Shown one piece after another: positions 20,399-31,473 of a stretch of DNA of 64,000 bases. Origin of the DNA: Promethearchaeia archaeon (GTDB taxonomy: Archaea; Asgardarchaeota; Lokiarchaeia; Sigyniarchaeales; SOKP01); the NCBI GenBank assembly GCA_029856155.1, contig JAHQWL010000092.1, positions 21,489 to 85,488 of the forward strand, in the 5' to 3' direction. The notes beneath the pieces are model-generated. The model made no database searches. It saw only the letters and a list, made by a program, of their open reading frames with translations, and was not told where the DNA came from. The position numbers and the translations under genes were made by a program. Numbering within the stretch: position 1 is the stretch's first letter; each line of letters begins with the position of its first letter.

Positions 20399-22921
20399 AT
20401 GAAGATTTTTCCATACAGTCCCTCGGAATTTAGTGCTGACTTCGTATCAAGAATGAGAAAGCATCCCGATATAATACAGATGCCTTCACCTAGACAAGTT
20501 CTTACTATCCCTCCCTTATTATTAGCAAGGTTTTTACGCAATGGAAATAAACTTTCTGTAAATGATTATATTGAAATTGGAGTCGCAACGTCATTTCCTA
20601 ATAATCAAGATCTGGCTAAAAAAGTTGCTTTCCAAATTTTATTTCCCAATTATTCTATAAAAGATATTGACTCATTTTTAGAAAAGAATAAGGGTAATGG
20701 TAATGATGCCTTCGAAAATATTATTGGAATGAATGAAGAGTATGAAAATCAGCAAATCGCTCAATTATGTGAGGAAATAGAATGTGCGAAATTCTCAAAT
20801 CGTATGCAAGTAAGTAAAATTGAAGAATTTGTAGAAATAATCCTTCAGAATCGTTCTCATGAACCTTTTAAATCATCTTTAGTTTTCTATGATGATACTT
20901 CTGATTTCTATTTGAATGAAGTAAGTTCAATGGAGCAATTATTAGAGCTAACGAAACAAAAAGTAAGGGAGAAGATAAATTCCCTGAAACCTCATGAGTT
21001 AACCGCAATTAAAGAATTAGGTTTAAGTCAATTAGTTGAAACAAATTCGAGAAAAAAATGGGAAAGAATTACTAATAAAGCACTTAATAATAAGAAGATA
21101 TATGAAGATTTATTTATTTTGAAAACGCGGGGAACATTTGAAGATCTCATTAAAACCGTGAAATTTCTCAGAGATACTGATGCTTTGAAAGAAAATAAGC
21201 TTCAAAAAGTAGAGAATATCTTATCAGGAAAGATTCTAACCATGGAACATGTATTTCATGCAGCATATAAATTAAATGAACTCCCTAAATTTGACTTAAA
21301 TCAAATTTTAATGGAGTCGATTTATACAATCTCACTTGATCGCAACCTTAAATTAGCTCAAAACCTGGATCATTATTTTGGAGCAAATTACCGAAAGTCG
21401 TTATTTGAGTTACTTAATAGGGAATTTTATAAATCTGAATCATTTAAAGAGCGATTTTATCAAAATGCCGATTTGGTTGATTCAATTTGTAAATATAGTT
21501 ATTCTTCTTCATCATGGGTTTCTCTTCTTGAAAAAATTTTATTATGGGAAATAAGTAATGCCAAGAGTGCATTTCATCCTTATGAAAACTTTAAAATTCT
21601 TATTAATAAATTCGTACAATGTGCTTATTCTTGTGAAAACTTACAATGTTCTCACATAATTTCGCAATTTCTGCCTCGACTTGTAGATCTTTCAATTCTA
21701 TCATGTAAAGTACCGACAGAGCTTAAAGATGTAGTAGATTTTTTAAAAATACAAGAATTGAGACCAAACATAGAATTAGTAAGAAAAATTGGACATAAGA
21801 TCGAGATGCCTGAAGAAGAAGTTGCTGAGTTAATTGAACCTGCATTTGAAGTCTTAAAAAAATATATGATAAAAGCAAATGCAGATCTCAAGATAATGCA
21901 GCATTTAATGGATAAAATTAAATCGGAATTAAATTACGATAAAATTTTAGAATTAATGCAAATTGCATTAGGATCTAATAATAGGGAAGCTCTCGCTGTT
22001 CTCGCACATTACAATTTAGAACAATCTCTTGAAGCTGCACAATCACTTGAAGGACGAAAAGGAGTCGATAAAATTATTTCTTGTTTAACAGCAGGAAATG
22101 GTGAAAATTTAATAAAGCAATGGTTTCTGCACCGAGACAAGATACCTCAATTTTTAAAGGACAAGATTAAAGATATTGCCAGACAAATTTTAGTAGAGCT
22201 AGGTATTAACTATTCAAAATCATATCTCGGGAGTTTAGCAACGGGAGCAATTCAAACGAATCTTATAAGACCATATGAAATAGGAGATTCATTTGAAGAT
22301 ATTGATCTAGAATCAACAATGTTTAATCTTCTTGAAAAAGGAAAGCCTATTGATCACATTACTTATGATGATTTTTTAGTGTTTATATCTTCGAGTGGCT
22401 TGAGAAGTATTTGCATAGAAATGGACATTTCTGAAAGCATGACTGGGGAAAAGTTAGCATATATGGCTATATGCGTTACCATGTTGGTGTATGGGATGCG
22501 AAAGGATGAATTAGGAATAACATTATTTGAGAAGGGTACTCATGTATTAAAGGAAATAAACCAAAATGTCGATCTAGAAGATTTAGCTGACGAATTATTA
22601 AGTATGAAAGCCCGAGGTACTACTTTTGTGGAAAAAGCTTTGCATTGGGCACGGGATCAATTTAAAAGAGCTTTTCGGTCAAAAAATAAAATTAATATAA
22701 TGTTTACAGATGCTGAAATATATGATATTCCTAACGCAGCTGAAACATTAAGAGCATTTAAATCTTTAGGCGTGGATTTTATTCTTGTTTGTCCAGAGCA
22801 ACAATTCAATATGAAGGAATCAGAAAAAATAGTAAAAATGGCGGGGGGGCAATTACTAACAGTAAAAAATTGGGAAAATTTCCCTGAATTAATCACTAAC
22901 ATAATTAATACAAGGTTTTAA
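20399..22921 (+). CDS. Large protein with C-terminal von Willebrand factor A domain
   Basis: 'RPYEIGDSFEDIDLEST' pre-VWA motif; MIDAS 'DISESM', 'RGTT', 'FTDAE'. Confidence 0.8.
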   Translation: MKIFPYSPSEFSADFVSRMRKHPDIIQMPSPRQVLTIPPLLLARFLRNGNKLSVNDYIEIGVATSFPNNQDLAKKVAFQILFPNYSIKDIDSFLEKNKGNGNDAFENIIGMNEEYENQQIAQLCEEIECAKFSNRMQVSKIEEFVEIILQNRSHEPFKSSLVFYDDTSDFYLNEVSSMEQLLELTKQKVREKINSLKPHELTAIKELGLSQLVETNSRKKWERITNKALNNKKIYEDLFILKTRGTFEDLIKTVKFLRDTDALKENKLQKVENILSGKILTMEHVFHAAYKLNELPKFDLNQILMESIYTISLDRNLKLAQNLDHYFGANYRKSLFELLNREFYKSESFKERFYQNADLVDSICKYSYSSSSWVSLLEKILLWEISNAKSAFHPYENFKILINKFVQCAYSCENLQCSHIISQFLPRLVDLSILSCKVPTELKDVVDFLKIQELRPNIELVRKIGHKIEMPEEEVAELIEPAFEVLKKYMIKANADLKIMQHLMDKIKSELNYDKILELMQIALGSNNREALAVLAHYNLEQSLEAAQSLEGRKGVDKIISCLTAGNGENLIKQWFLHRDKIPQFLKDKIKDIARQILVELGINYSKSYLGSLATGAIQTNLIRPYEIGDSFEDIDLESTMFNLLEKGKPIDHITYDDFLVFISSSGLRSICIEMDISESMTGEKLAYMAICVTMLVYGMRKDELGITLFEKGTHVLKEINQNVDLEDLADELLSMKARGTTFVEKALHWARDQFKRAFRSKNKINIMFTDAEIYDIPNAAETLRAFKSLGVDFILVCPEQQFNMKESEKIVKMAGGQLLTVKNWENFPELITNIINTRF

Positions 22922-22922
22922 T

Positions 22923-25286
22923 TTGATAAAAAGTAGAATATCTGAATATATTAGTACATATTTTGGGAGCGTAATTTGTGAAAAAGCTAATAAAATTCAA
23001 AATGATCTTTTGAATATCCTTTCAATAAAAGAAAATCCTACAAAAATACGAGCTATTATATTTGAAAAAGGTAATTCAATACATATTGTCATTGATGAAA
23101 AGAACAAAGTAATATTCCATGATTGTCTTTCTTTTTTTAATCCAGAAGAAAATTATCCTTGTGCTCATTTAACTAAACTCTTGCTAGCTATAAATCCTAA
23201 CACAGCTATGCAGATATTTCAGGATTGGCATCTTTATAAATTTATAAATCAATCTGATAGAGATATATCAAAAAATTTTTATTTATTATCAGAACTCTTT
23301 TTTCATTCCAATTTATTTATCGATTCATTGCATTTTCTTAACGAAGCTATATTTTATGCGGAGGCTAATGTTGATTTAATCAAATTATATATAGGGCGTA
23401 TAATAAATAAGAACCTATTTAGTAGATTATTTTTTTTTCTTGACGATCTTTTTGAAAATTATCCAGATAATAACTTTTTAGAGCTATGTGGGAAAAATCT
23501 TAGAAAGGGGATAATAAAGCTCTTTAAATCTATTCCATCTCTTTCATTATCTGATTTATTAAAAATTATAAAATCCCTTTACAACATTGGAAATAACATT
23601 GATTTAATAATAGGTACTGAAGAATTTATTAATGAGATACAAAAATTATTCAACTCTAAAAATTTTAATTCACAATTCTTTGCACATATATGTTTACAAT
23701 TATTATATAACAAGAATAAAATCGATCAAGTTCATTTTGAAAGAATTACCAACACTAATAACGATTTAATTGTTTTTAAAAAGAAGCTTGCTAAAAAACT
23801 TGATGTTTTTTTAGAAGATGTTCACACTTTAAGCGAATACGAACAAATTGAGTTCATTTTGAAACTCTATCATATCCCTCAAGAAAAATTTCAAGAAAAA
23901 TATTATCATTTTATAACTGAAAGGCAACAAATAGAGGAAACGTTTCATGCTAGAAAGCTTGCTTTTTTAAAGCTCTTGATTAAGCGAAGCAAAGTCCTCC
24001 TGAATTCTAAAGTTGATATTGAAAAAGAGAGAGACAAATATCGTATAATTCATGAACCAGATATTATAAAAAATCAATTTTATACGGATTATCTTCTACC
24101 AAGACTAGGCTTTTTTGGCAATAATTTTGAGATGATTAAACCTCGGGATATTGCAATAAACTTTTATCTCTTTTACCGTTTGTATCGAATTAATTGGAAT
24201 GAACTTCCAGATGTTTATTATTTTAGAAATAAGTTTTGGGATGAATTAGCTATCCAAAATATAAAATCGAAACATGGGTTGCCCCTAATGAGATATGGAG
24301 TCGATTATACATTGGACGCCGGTCTCGAATTTTTGGATAATAATGAGATCCTTATAATTGAATGGGATCTTGCGGATAAGTCATATTATGGAGGTGTTGT
24401 AATGGCGTTTGGAACCGCTAAGATGATACCGGATTATGAAAATCCTTTATTATATGACATTAAACCTTTTGACTTAACTTTCTGTTTTAAAAATCCTAGA
24501 GAGATTGATAGCGAAAATCTTAAAATTATGAAAATTATATCCAAATGTTCCTTTAAAGATACGATATATAAGGTTTCGAGAGGAATGTCCTTTATAGAAG
24601 GGTCTTATCCCCTTTCCCTAATATTAGATGTACTAAAGCATGAGATTTCTCCTCTTGATGCTATCAATTTATTAGATGAAAGCCCTAAAAAAAACTACGT
24701 ACCGCATTTTTATCAATTTATTCATGAGTTTAAAGAGTTTATCTTTAATGAGGTTTTGAAAGCCAAGTTAGAAAATATAGGTGAGTTAAAGAAAATTTCT
24801 GATACTAATGTAGAAACCATTATTAAATTAATAGGATTGACCACTAGTTTGGCCGGAATTCAATTTCCATATTCCGAGACGATTAAACTTTTATTAAAAC
24901 CGGGTATCACGAGAGATTCATTACGTTTTAAACTAATCAATATTGTTCATGAATATATACAAGCCATTTTAAACAGTGATAAAATTGGGAATACAATCAT
25001 CTTTGATCTAAATAAAATGAAAAATACTCTATTTTCGCAATATTCTGAGCAGATCTTAAAAATCAGAAAAGAAGAATTTGAATCCGCAATAATATATCAG
25101 ACTAAGGAAAGAGGTTCTTTCTATTTTGATCTCTCAAATATTGCCCTCACTTATTATGGAATCCAAATTATGAAGATACTAAAAATACTGGGAGAATTAA
25201 ATATAAAAAGTACTATTTTTGATCGATTTGCTGAAATAGCTCAAAAATTAGGTTTGAATCTGAATATTATTATCAATAGTAATTAA
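22923..25286 (+). CDS. Large hypothetical protein with a SWIM-like Zn-finger near the N-terminus
   Basis: 787-aa ORF starting 1 nt after the VWA gene stop; 'FHDC...PCAHL'. Confidence 0.6.
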   Translation: MIKSRISEYISTYFGSVICEKANKIQNDLLNILSIKENPTKIRAIIFEKGNSIHIVIDEKNKVIFHDCLSFFNPEENYPCAHLTKLLLAINPNTAMQIFQDWHLYKFINQSDRDISKNFYLLSELFFHSNLFIDSLHFLNEAIFYAEANVDLIKLYIGRIINKNLFSRLFFFLDDLFENYPDNNFLELCGKNLRKGIIKLFKSIPSLSLSDLLKIIKSLYNIGNNIDLIIGTEEFINEIQKLFNSKNFNSQFFAHICLQLLYNKNKIDQVHFERITNTNNDLIVFKKKLAKKLDVFLEDVHTLSEYEQIEFILKLYHIPQEKFQEKYYHFITERQQIEETFHARKLAFLKLLIKRSKVLLNSKVDIEKERDKYRIIHEPDIIKNQFYTDYLLPRLGFFGNNFEMIKPRDIAINFYLFYRLYRINWNELPDVYYFRNKFWDELAIQNIKSKHGLPLMRYGVDYTLDAGLEFLDNNEILIIEWDLADKSYYGGVVMAFGTAKMIPDYENPLLYDIKPFDLTFCFKNPREIDSENLKIMKIISKCSFKDTIYKVSRGMSFIEGSYPLSLILDVLKHEISPLDAINLLDESPKKNYVPHFYQFIHEFKEFIFNEVLKAKLENIGELKKISDTNVETIIKLIGLTTSLAGIQFPYSETIKLLLKPGITRDSLRFKLINIVHEYIQAILNSDKIGNTIIFDLNKMKNTLFSQYSEQILKIRKEEFESAIIYQTKERGSFYFDLSNIALTYYGIQIMKILKILGELNIKSTIFDRFAEIAQKLGLNLNIIINSN

Positions 25287-25316
25287 AAAAAGCATTATAT
25301 GGACTCTTAACTATTA

Positions 25317-25332
25317 GCTTGAAATAACAAGC
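25317..25332. promoter_or_regulatory. Palindromic operator GCTTGAAATAACAAGC
   Basis: Perfect consensus (extends to TAGCTTG..CAAGCTA) upstream of the third SCP2-like gene. Confidence 0.8.
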
Positions 25333-25404
25333 TAAAAATATTTAAAATTGACATCTTGATAGTTATTAATGAAAATTATCTGAAAATTCATAAGAGGATT
25401 TGAA

Positions 25405-25830
25405 ATGAGTGAAGAAAAGAGTAGGAATTTAGAAGGATTTGCTCACATGATTTATAATCAATTTGAAAGACCCTTAAAGGACAATCAAAAATTTAAAGAG
25501 AAATATAAGGATGCCAAATTGAAAATATTTTTAAATATAACCGATGCAACTCATGCAGCTTTATTAACGATAGATAAAGGAGCCATAACTGTAAATGGAA
25601 TTCTGCAAACAGATAAAGAGGGATTAATTAAAGCTGCTGAAGATGTTGACGCTCTAATTAAAACCGATATGAATACTTTTGTTTCGATGGAGAATATGTC
25701 CACCCTAAAAACAATAGGGAAGATTTTTGGGGGAAAACTTAAAATTAAGGGTGGGAAGAATTTAAGAATACTTCAGGATTTAAGAAAGTTAGCTACAGAA
25801 GCAGATGCGGATGTTAGTGAGTTTTTTTAA
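25405..25830 (+). CDS. SCP2-like lipid-binding domain protein, copy 3 (divergent)
   Basis: 'LTIDKGAITV...DALIKTDMNTF...GKLKIKGG'; GAGG RBS. Confidence 0.68.
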   Translation: MSEEKSRNLEGFAHMIYNQFERPLKDNQKFKEKYKDAKLKIFLNITDATHAALLTIDKGAITVNGILQTDKEGLIKAAEDVDALIKTDMNTFVSMENMSTLKTIGKIFGGKLKIKGGKNLRILQDLRKLATEADADVSEFF

Positions 25831-25939
25831 ATCATGTAAACCATGGAATATTAATATTAACGAATAATTCTTTATTATTTTTTTTAATTTATTTTACGTT
25901 AATTAATATTAGTAATTTTGAGTAAAATGTGTTTATTGG

Positions 25940-27253
25940 TTGTTTTCAAATATAGAGAGGTATAGATGCTTGGAGGATCTTAACATACAACAGCTTGAAA
26001 AGCAGTACTTTAGTGGTAAGGTAAGCAAGAAATCCATTGTTGATAAACTCATTTTAAAAATAGAATATAATAATGAAGTCTCTATTAGAATTAAAAGTTT
26101 AGAAACATTAAGTAAATTAAATCTATTATCTGATATGCATTTTGATTATTTAGAAAATCTAGCTATAGCTGATTTGAATGATCAAATTAGATCTATAGCA
26201 ATAAAAACTATTATAGACCAGTTCTATGATAAAGCGGACTTTTTAATAAATTGGATTGTTTATTTTGAGAATTCACCTTTTCTATTAAATGTGGCTATTA
26301 ATTCATTGATTAAGATTGACGAGCAATACTTAAAATATCTTTTATCAGAATCCATAACAAAAAAAATATCTGAAAAATCAAACAAGACAGATGAACTATT
26401 CAAGAAAGAATTAAAAAACTTATTTAACGAAAAACCACCAAATATGCTCCCAATTGATCAACTTACACAAATATTCCTTAATTTCTGTTTTATTTTAAAC
26501 AATGAAAAAAAATATCTTTTTTCTGAAAATCTAAACACTTCATCACTTATGTATAAACTTGAAGAGGGATGTATTACTGAATTAAGAGTGTGGGGTCTAA
26601 AAATTATTAAAGTCAGTGATCTTGAAGGTATCAATTTATTAACAGAATTGCAGATCCTTGATCTATCTGGGAATAATTTAAAGGAAATTGATGGGTTGAT
26701 AAATCTTTCCAAATTAAAATTGCTAAAATTTGGTGATTTAAGTTATGATACTGGTAATCAAATAAGTGAGATTAAAGGTCTTAATTCCTTGCCTAATCTT
26801 AAGATTCTCAACCTATCAAATAATTTTATTAAGCAAATCAAAGGTATTGATAATTTAAAAAATTTGGAATATTTGTATTTAGTTAATAATTCTATTTCAG
26901 AGATACAAGATATTGAAAATCTTGAAAAACTGAGATATTTGAATCTTGAGAAAAATAATATCTCTAAAATTGAAAATATTGAAATCTTATCTAATTTAGA
27001 AACAATTGTATTAAACGACAATAATATAAAAGTATTAGAAAACGTCGGAACCCTGAATAAGCTCAGAGAAATAAGGATTAGTAGGAATCCACTTTCCGAG
27101 ATAGAAGTTAAGCCTAGTTTAAATAATATCTGTTTAAAGCTTCATACATCAGAAATAGAACGATTATCCAAGTTAAATGGAATTGACTCATTTACAATCA
27201 AAGCTATTGGAGATGAAAAACCTAACGAATATACTACTCGTTATCAACAATAA
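25940..27253 (+). CDS. Leucine-rich repeat protein (SDS22-like LRRs) with N-terminal HEAT-like helices
   Basis: Repeats of 'LxxLxLxxNxIxxIxxL' (e.g. 'LKILNLSNNFIKQIKGIDNL'). Confidence 0.85.
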   Translation: MFSNIERYRCLEDLNIQQLEKQYFSGKVSKKSIVDKLILKIEYNNEVSIRIKSLETLSKLNLLSDMHFDYLENLAIADLNDQIRSIAIKTIIDQFYDKADFLINWIVYFENSPFLLNVAINSLIKIDEQYLKYLLSESITKKISEKSNKTDELFKKELKNLFNEKPPNMLPIDQLTQIFLNFCFILNNEKKYLFSENLNTSSLMYKLEEGCITELRVWGLKIIKVSDLEGINLLTELQILDLSGNNLKEIDGLINLSKLKLLKFGDLSYDTGNQISEIKGLNSLPNLKILNLSNNFIKQIKGIDNLKNLEYLYLVNNSISEIQDIENLEKLRYLNLEKNNISKIENIEILSNLETIVLNDNNIKVLENVGTLNKLREIRISRNPLSEIEVKPSLNNICLKLHTSEIERLSKLNGIDSFTIKAIGDEKPNEYTTRYQQ

Positions 27254-27489
27254 ATAAGATATTGCCTTATTTAGGCATTCCTTTTTACCTTATCATATAT
27301 TAATATGCTGATAGTCTCATTAAGATGCATTAACAAGGTCATGGAAACTGTTAAAATCAAAAAAGAAAGTTAAAAAGAATAATAAACAAAATGAATTTAT
27401 TTTCAAGTTTTCAGACATTTGAATTATATCTTATGTGATTATTTTTATTAAATTATGTTGGAATAGAATTTATCAATTATATGTTTTGA

Positions 27490-27505
27490 GCTTGCTATTT
27501 ACAGT
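27490..27505. promoter_or_regulatory. Imperfect operator copy GCTTGCTATTTACAGT upstream of the ABC permease
   Basis: Left half-site is intact; reverse complement ACTGTAAATAGCAAGC is a hybrid of the 4371 and 6110 sites. Confidence 0.45.
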
Positions 27506-27648
27506 GTTTTAATTTTTATGGTATTAATAGCATGATATGGTTTAGTTAACATAAGATTTATTTAACTTTTTCTTAGCAATTTTTATATAGTAGTTTGATA
27601 TTATTTTTATATTAACTTTTAATTGTTAGATTATTAATTTAAGAGGGT

Positions 27649-29378
27649 GTGATTATTTTGGTTGAATTAAAGGAAGTTCACAAAAATATAATATTCACAG
27701 TTGTTATCTCATTTGTTATCTTTATCCTTGGGGTGTTCATAAACTTTATAATCGTTCGATTCATACCAGGTGACCCCGCAAGGCAATATCTCGCTTCTAT
27801 GGGAATTTTATCTCCTACTCAAGAACAATATCTATAGATGCTTTACGTACGTTAGGATTTGATCAACCAATTATCATCCAATTTTTTAGATATTTAGGGA
27901 ATCTCTTTACAGCTAATTGGGGAATCTCAATTGCTATAAATGCAGGTATGCCAGTTACTGAAATACTTCGAATTGCTGTTCCTAGAACTATTGAAATTAT
28001 TTATATTCCTTTAATCATAGGACTAGTAGTAGGTATTATTCTTGGCAGACTTTCGAGAAAATATGAAGACCACAAGATTGGAAAATATATTAATGTATAT
28101 GTAGCTGTTGCTATTGCAGTTCCTACATTTGTATTTGCAATGATCTTTCAATTAGTGTTTGGTTATCTTTTGAATGTTTTGCCAGCATTTGGTTATAAGA
28201 CAATATCATACGCAGATCCATCGTTAATAACTGGATTTCTCATAGTAGATTCTTTAATTGATGGAAATATAGCTTTGGCGGGAGATATCCTTTTACATTT
28301 TATACTACCCGAATTGTGTTTAACTCTTATCGTTACTGCACTTGTAACAAGACAATATCGCTCTACTATAGAAAGCAATGCAATCACTACTACTAGATCT
28401 TTAATTTCAAATACAGCAACTATTGGTTATCATTTTGGTTTTATTTTTACTTCAATTATTTTAGTAGAAACTACTTTCAATGTAGGTGGTTTTGGCAGCT
28501 ATTTTTTAAACGCAATAATGGTTGGAGATTTTTTCGTTATAGTGGCATTTGTGAATATGATAATTATTTTTTTCGCTATTACTTCAATCATTTCAAATAT
28601 CATTTTTAGTGTACGTGAATCCGAGCAGTTTATATCTCCTGGATCTTTTGATGAAACTTATCCGCATCTAAAATGGAAGTCTCCTTTTACAATCATTGGA
28701 TTAATCATAATTAGCTTTTTTATTATAGTTGCATTATACCCTGAAATAATAAGTCAATATTCTCTCACAGAACTTAAGGGTTCTTTCCCAGGGCAATGGG
28801 AACTCCCTTCTTCAGATCATCTTTTGGGACAAGGAACATCTGGGCGAGATATGCTTGGACAAATTGTTTGGGGTGTATCGTTTTGTATTTTAGTTGGGAT
28901 GGGAGCTGTCGTTATAGGGATATTAGGAGGATTATTGTTTAGACTAACTGCTACGAAATTAAGCGAAAGGGGTAAAAATTTAGTTACCGGATTTACATTA
29001 GTTATATATATAATTCCAAGTGCAATCCTTGTTTTTCTTATAGCATTAATTTTTGGAAGTAATTTTATAATGACAATGATATTTATAGGGATAGTACTTA
29101 TTCCGAGTTTTACAAGGATAACTGCTAATGCTTCTACTTTAGAAATTAATGTATTTAAGTCAATCTTAAAGTATCTACCATTAATGGTTGGTATCGCAAT
29201 GATACTTTTTGAATCCATTAATTTTTTAGGATTCTCAAATACAAGGATCATTACTTTAGGGCAACTTATTAATGAAGGGAGGCTTCAACTGTATTATTAT
29301 TTTAGATTCGCAATTTTTCCGGCAATAGCAATAATACTCATGGTTACAGGGCTTATTCTTTTATATGAAGGATTATAA
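27649..29378 (+). pseudogene. Frameshifted fused DppB-DppC peptide/nickel ABC permease
   Basis: The N-terminal ORF ('RFIPGDPA') stops at 27837; the coding sequence continues in another frame ('DALRTLGFDQPIIIQFFRYLGNLFTANWGIS') into 27948..29378, which has DppC 'PSSDHLLG...GRD'. Confidence 0.75.
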
Positions 29379-29579
29379 CAGTATTTATACTTTAAAATTA
29401 AAGGATTTAAAAATGCTTATTAAATCTTTTAAATTATATTGTTAGAAGAACTAATGTAATTAACCAATGGGAAGTATATAGGTAACATCCCGTTGAAATT
29501 ATGTAAAAAAGAATTAGTAAAAATATTAAAAAATTCAAAATTCAGATAATTAAAACAATTAGTTTGGAGTTTTTATGAA

Positions 29580-30773
29580 ATGAATGATTTAATTGAAAAA
29601 GCAAAAGAACACTTTGAGAAACTTGTAAGAGAGCAACTTGAACGTGTAGAACGGATGAAACAAGCAGAAGATTGGACTGATTATTCTTCGATTAAACCAA
29701 TTATAATTGGTGTCGCTGGAGGTGATGGTATTGGCCCTGAAATTACAAAACATGCTCGTGCAATTATGGAATTCATTCTAAAAGAGGAAATTGAAAATGG
29801 AAGCGTTGAAATAAGAGATATTGAAGGCTTAACGATTGAAAATAGAGCCAAACATATGAAAGCAATACCGGATGATGTTCTTGAACAATTAAAGAAATGT
29901 CATGTGATTCTAAAAGGTCCTACGCTTACTCCTCGTAAGGGTGACCAATGGCCAAATATTGAAAGTGCTAATGTTACCATGAGACGTGAGTTAGATCTTT
30001 TCGCCAATGTTCGTCCAGTTAAAGTTCCAGAATTAGGAATAGATTGGATGTTTTTCAGAGAAAATACAGAGGGCGCATATGTATTAGGTTCGAAAGGAAT
30101 TAATATTTCAGAGGATTTATCAATAGATTTTAAAGTAATAACTAAGCAAGGTTCGGATAGGATTATACGTTTAGCTTTTGATTACGCAGCAAAAAATAAT
30201 ATTAATCGGGTGTCTGTAGTAACTAAAGCTAATGTCATAAAAGCCACTGATGGTAGATTCCTTGCTATGGCAGAAGAAATCGCTAAAGAATATCCACAGG
30301 TGAAATGGGATGATTGGTATATTGATATTGCAACAGCTAAGTTAGTAGATCCCGCTCGTCAAAGTGATTTCAAGGTTTTTGTTGCTCCAAATCTTTATGG
30401 TGATATTATAACAGATGAAGCTGCTCAAATTCAAGGTGGTGTTGGGACTGCTGGAAGTGCTAATATCGGTAAACGTTATTCTATGTTTGAAGCTATCCAT
30501 GGTACTGCCCCTAGAATGGTTGAAACAGGACGCACTAAATATGCTGATCCTTCAAGTATTATAAAAGCTGCTGCGTTATTAATTAATCATATTGGTTTTG
30601 TTGAAAGAGCAAAGAAACTTGAGATGGCTCTTGATATTTGTGCTACATTTGAAAGAAAGTTGAAAATGACGGGGAGAGATACCGGTGCTACTGGAGAAGA
30701 ATATGCAAAATATATTATGGATACTATTCAAGATCCTAATCTTGAGGAAAAATGGAACAGGTATCAAAAATAA
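29580..30773 (+). CDS. Isocitrate/isopropylmalate dehydrogenase family protein
   Basis: 'GDGIGPEI', 'LKGP', 'RRELDLFANVRP', 'RENTEG', 'PNLYGDIITD', 'FEAIHGTAP'. Confidence 0.9.
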   Translation: MNDLIEKAKEHFEKLVREQLERVERMKQAEDWTDYSSIKPIIIGVAGGDGIGPEITKHARAIMEFILKEEIENGSVEIRDIEGLTIENRAKHMKAIPDDVLEQLKKCHVILKGPTLTPRKGDQWPNIESANVTMRRELDLFANVRPVKVPELGIDWMFFRENTEGAYVLGSKGINISEDLSIDFKVITKQGSDRIIRLAFDYAAKNNINRVSVVTKANVIKATDGRFLAMAEEIAKEYPQVKWDDWYIDIATAKLVDPARQSDFKVFVAPNLYGDIITDEAAQIQGGVGTAGSANIGKRYSMFEAIHGTAPRMVETGRTKYADPSSIIKAAALLINHIGFVERAKKLEMALDICATFERKLKMTGRDTGATGEEYAKYIMDTIQDPNLEEKWNRYQK

Positions 30774-30967
30774 AAGAGTGAATTCAATTTTTTATTTAAC
30801 TTAAAAAGATTTTTTTTATTTTTGGTAATTATATATGTCTAATGCAACAGGCATGAATATGCAAATACCCAAAATTGTTGGATTGTTAAAATTATTATAA
30901 AAATAAAAGAAATGTTATAATCTAAACATAAATTATTTATCTTTTTTTTAATTTTCTGATATGAATT

Positions 30968-31273
30968 ATGGAAGAAGTTCCAGAAGAGAAAAAAATTGTA
31001 AGAATTGATCAAGTATATGTGGTCGGAGGAAGTTTTGATGAACCTTCAGATTTTACAAACAAGGTTAATCGAAATCTTTTACTATTACATGAAAGCAAAA
31101 AATACTATAAAATTAAAGATATAAAGTTCAATATTTTTAATGACCAACGCTTTCCTCAGTCAACTCCTATATACCTAGCCTTTATTGTTGCTGAAGTAGA
31201 TGTAGATGTTACCCCAGAACCAGAAAAAAAAAGAAAGAAGAAAAAGAAGCAAAAGAAAAAGAAGAGAATTTGA
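30968..31273 (+). CDS. Small hypothetical protein with poly-basic C-terminal tail
   Basis: 101-aa ORF ending 'PEKKRKKKKKQKKKKRI'. Confidence 0.6.
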   Translation: MEEVPEEKKIVRIDQVYVVGGSFDEPSDFTNKVNRNLLLLHESKKYYKIKDIKFNIFNDQRFPQSTPIYLAFIVAEVDVDVTPEPEKKRKKKKKQKKKKRI

Positions 31274-31473
31274 TAATATTATTATACTTTTAACTCCTGA
31301 AGTTATACCACAGATAATAGAGGCTTTAGTTGAGAATAGCAACAAAAGTTCATTACCTTTAAATCAATTTTATAATTACGATTGATACATTTACCTTATT
31401 TTTTAAACTAAAATTCAATGATGGGTTCCCATTCCCTTAGTAGAATCATTCAATTGTTATTATATGATAATTT

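Noticed and set aside
27835-27837. TAG read-through or recoding in the ABC permease
   Set aside because: The same frame hits another TAG five codons later, and the coding sequence continues in a different frame, so this is a frameshift.
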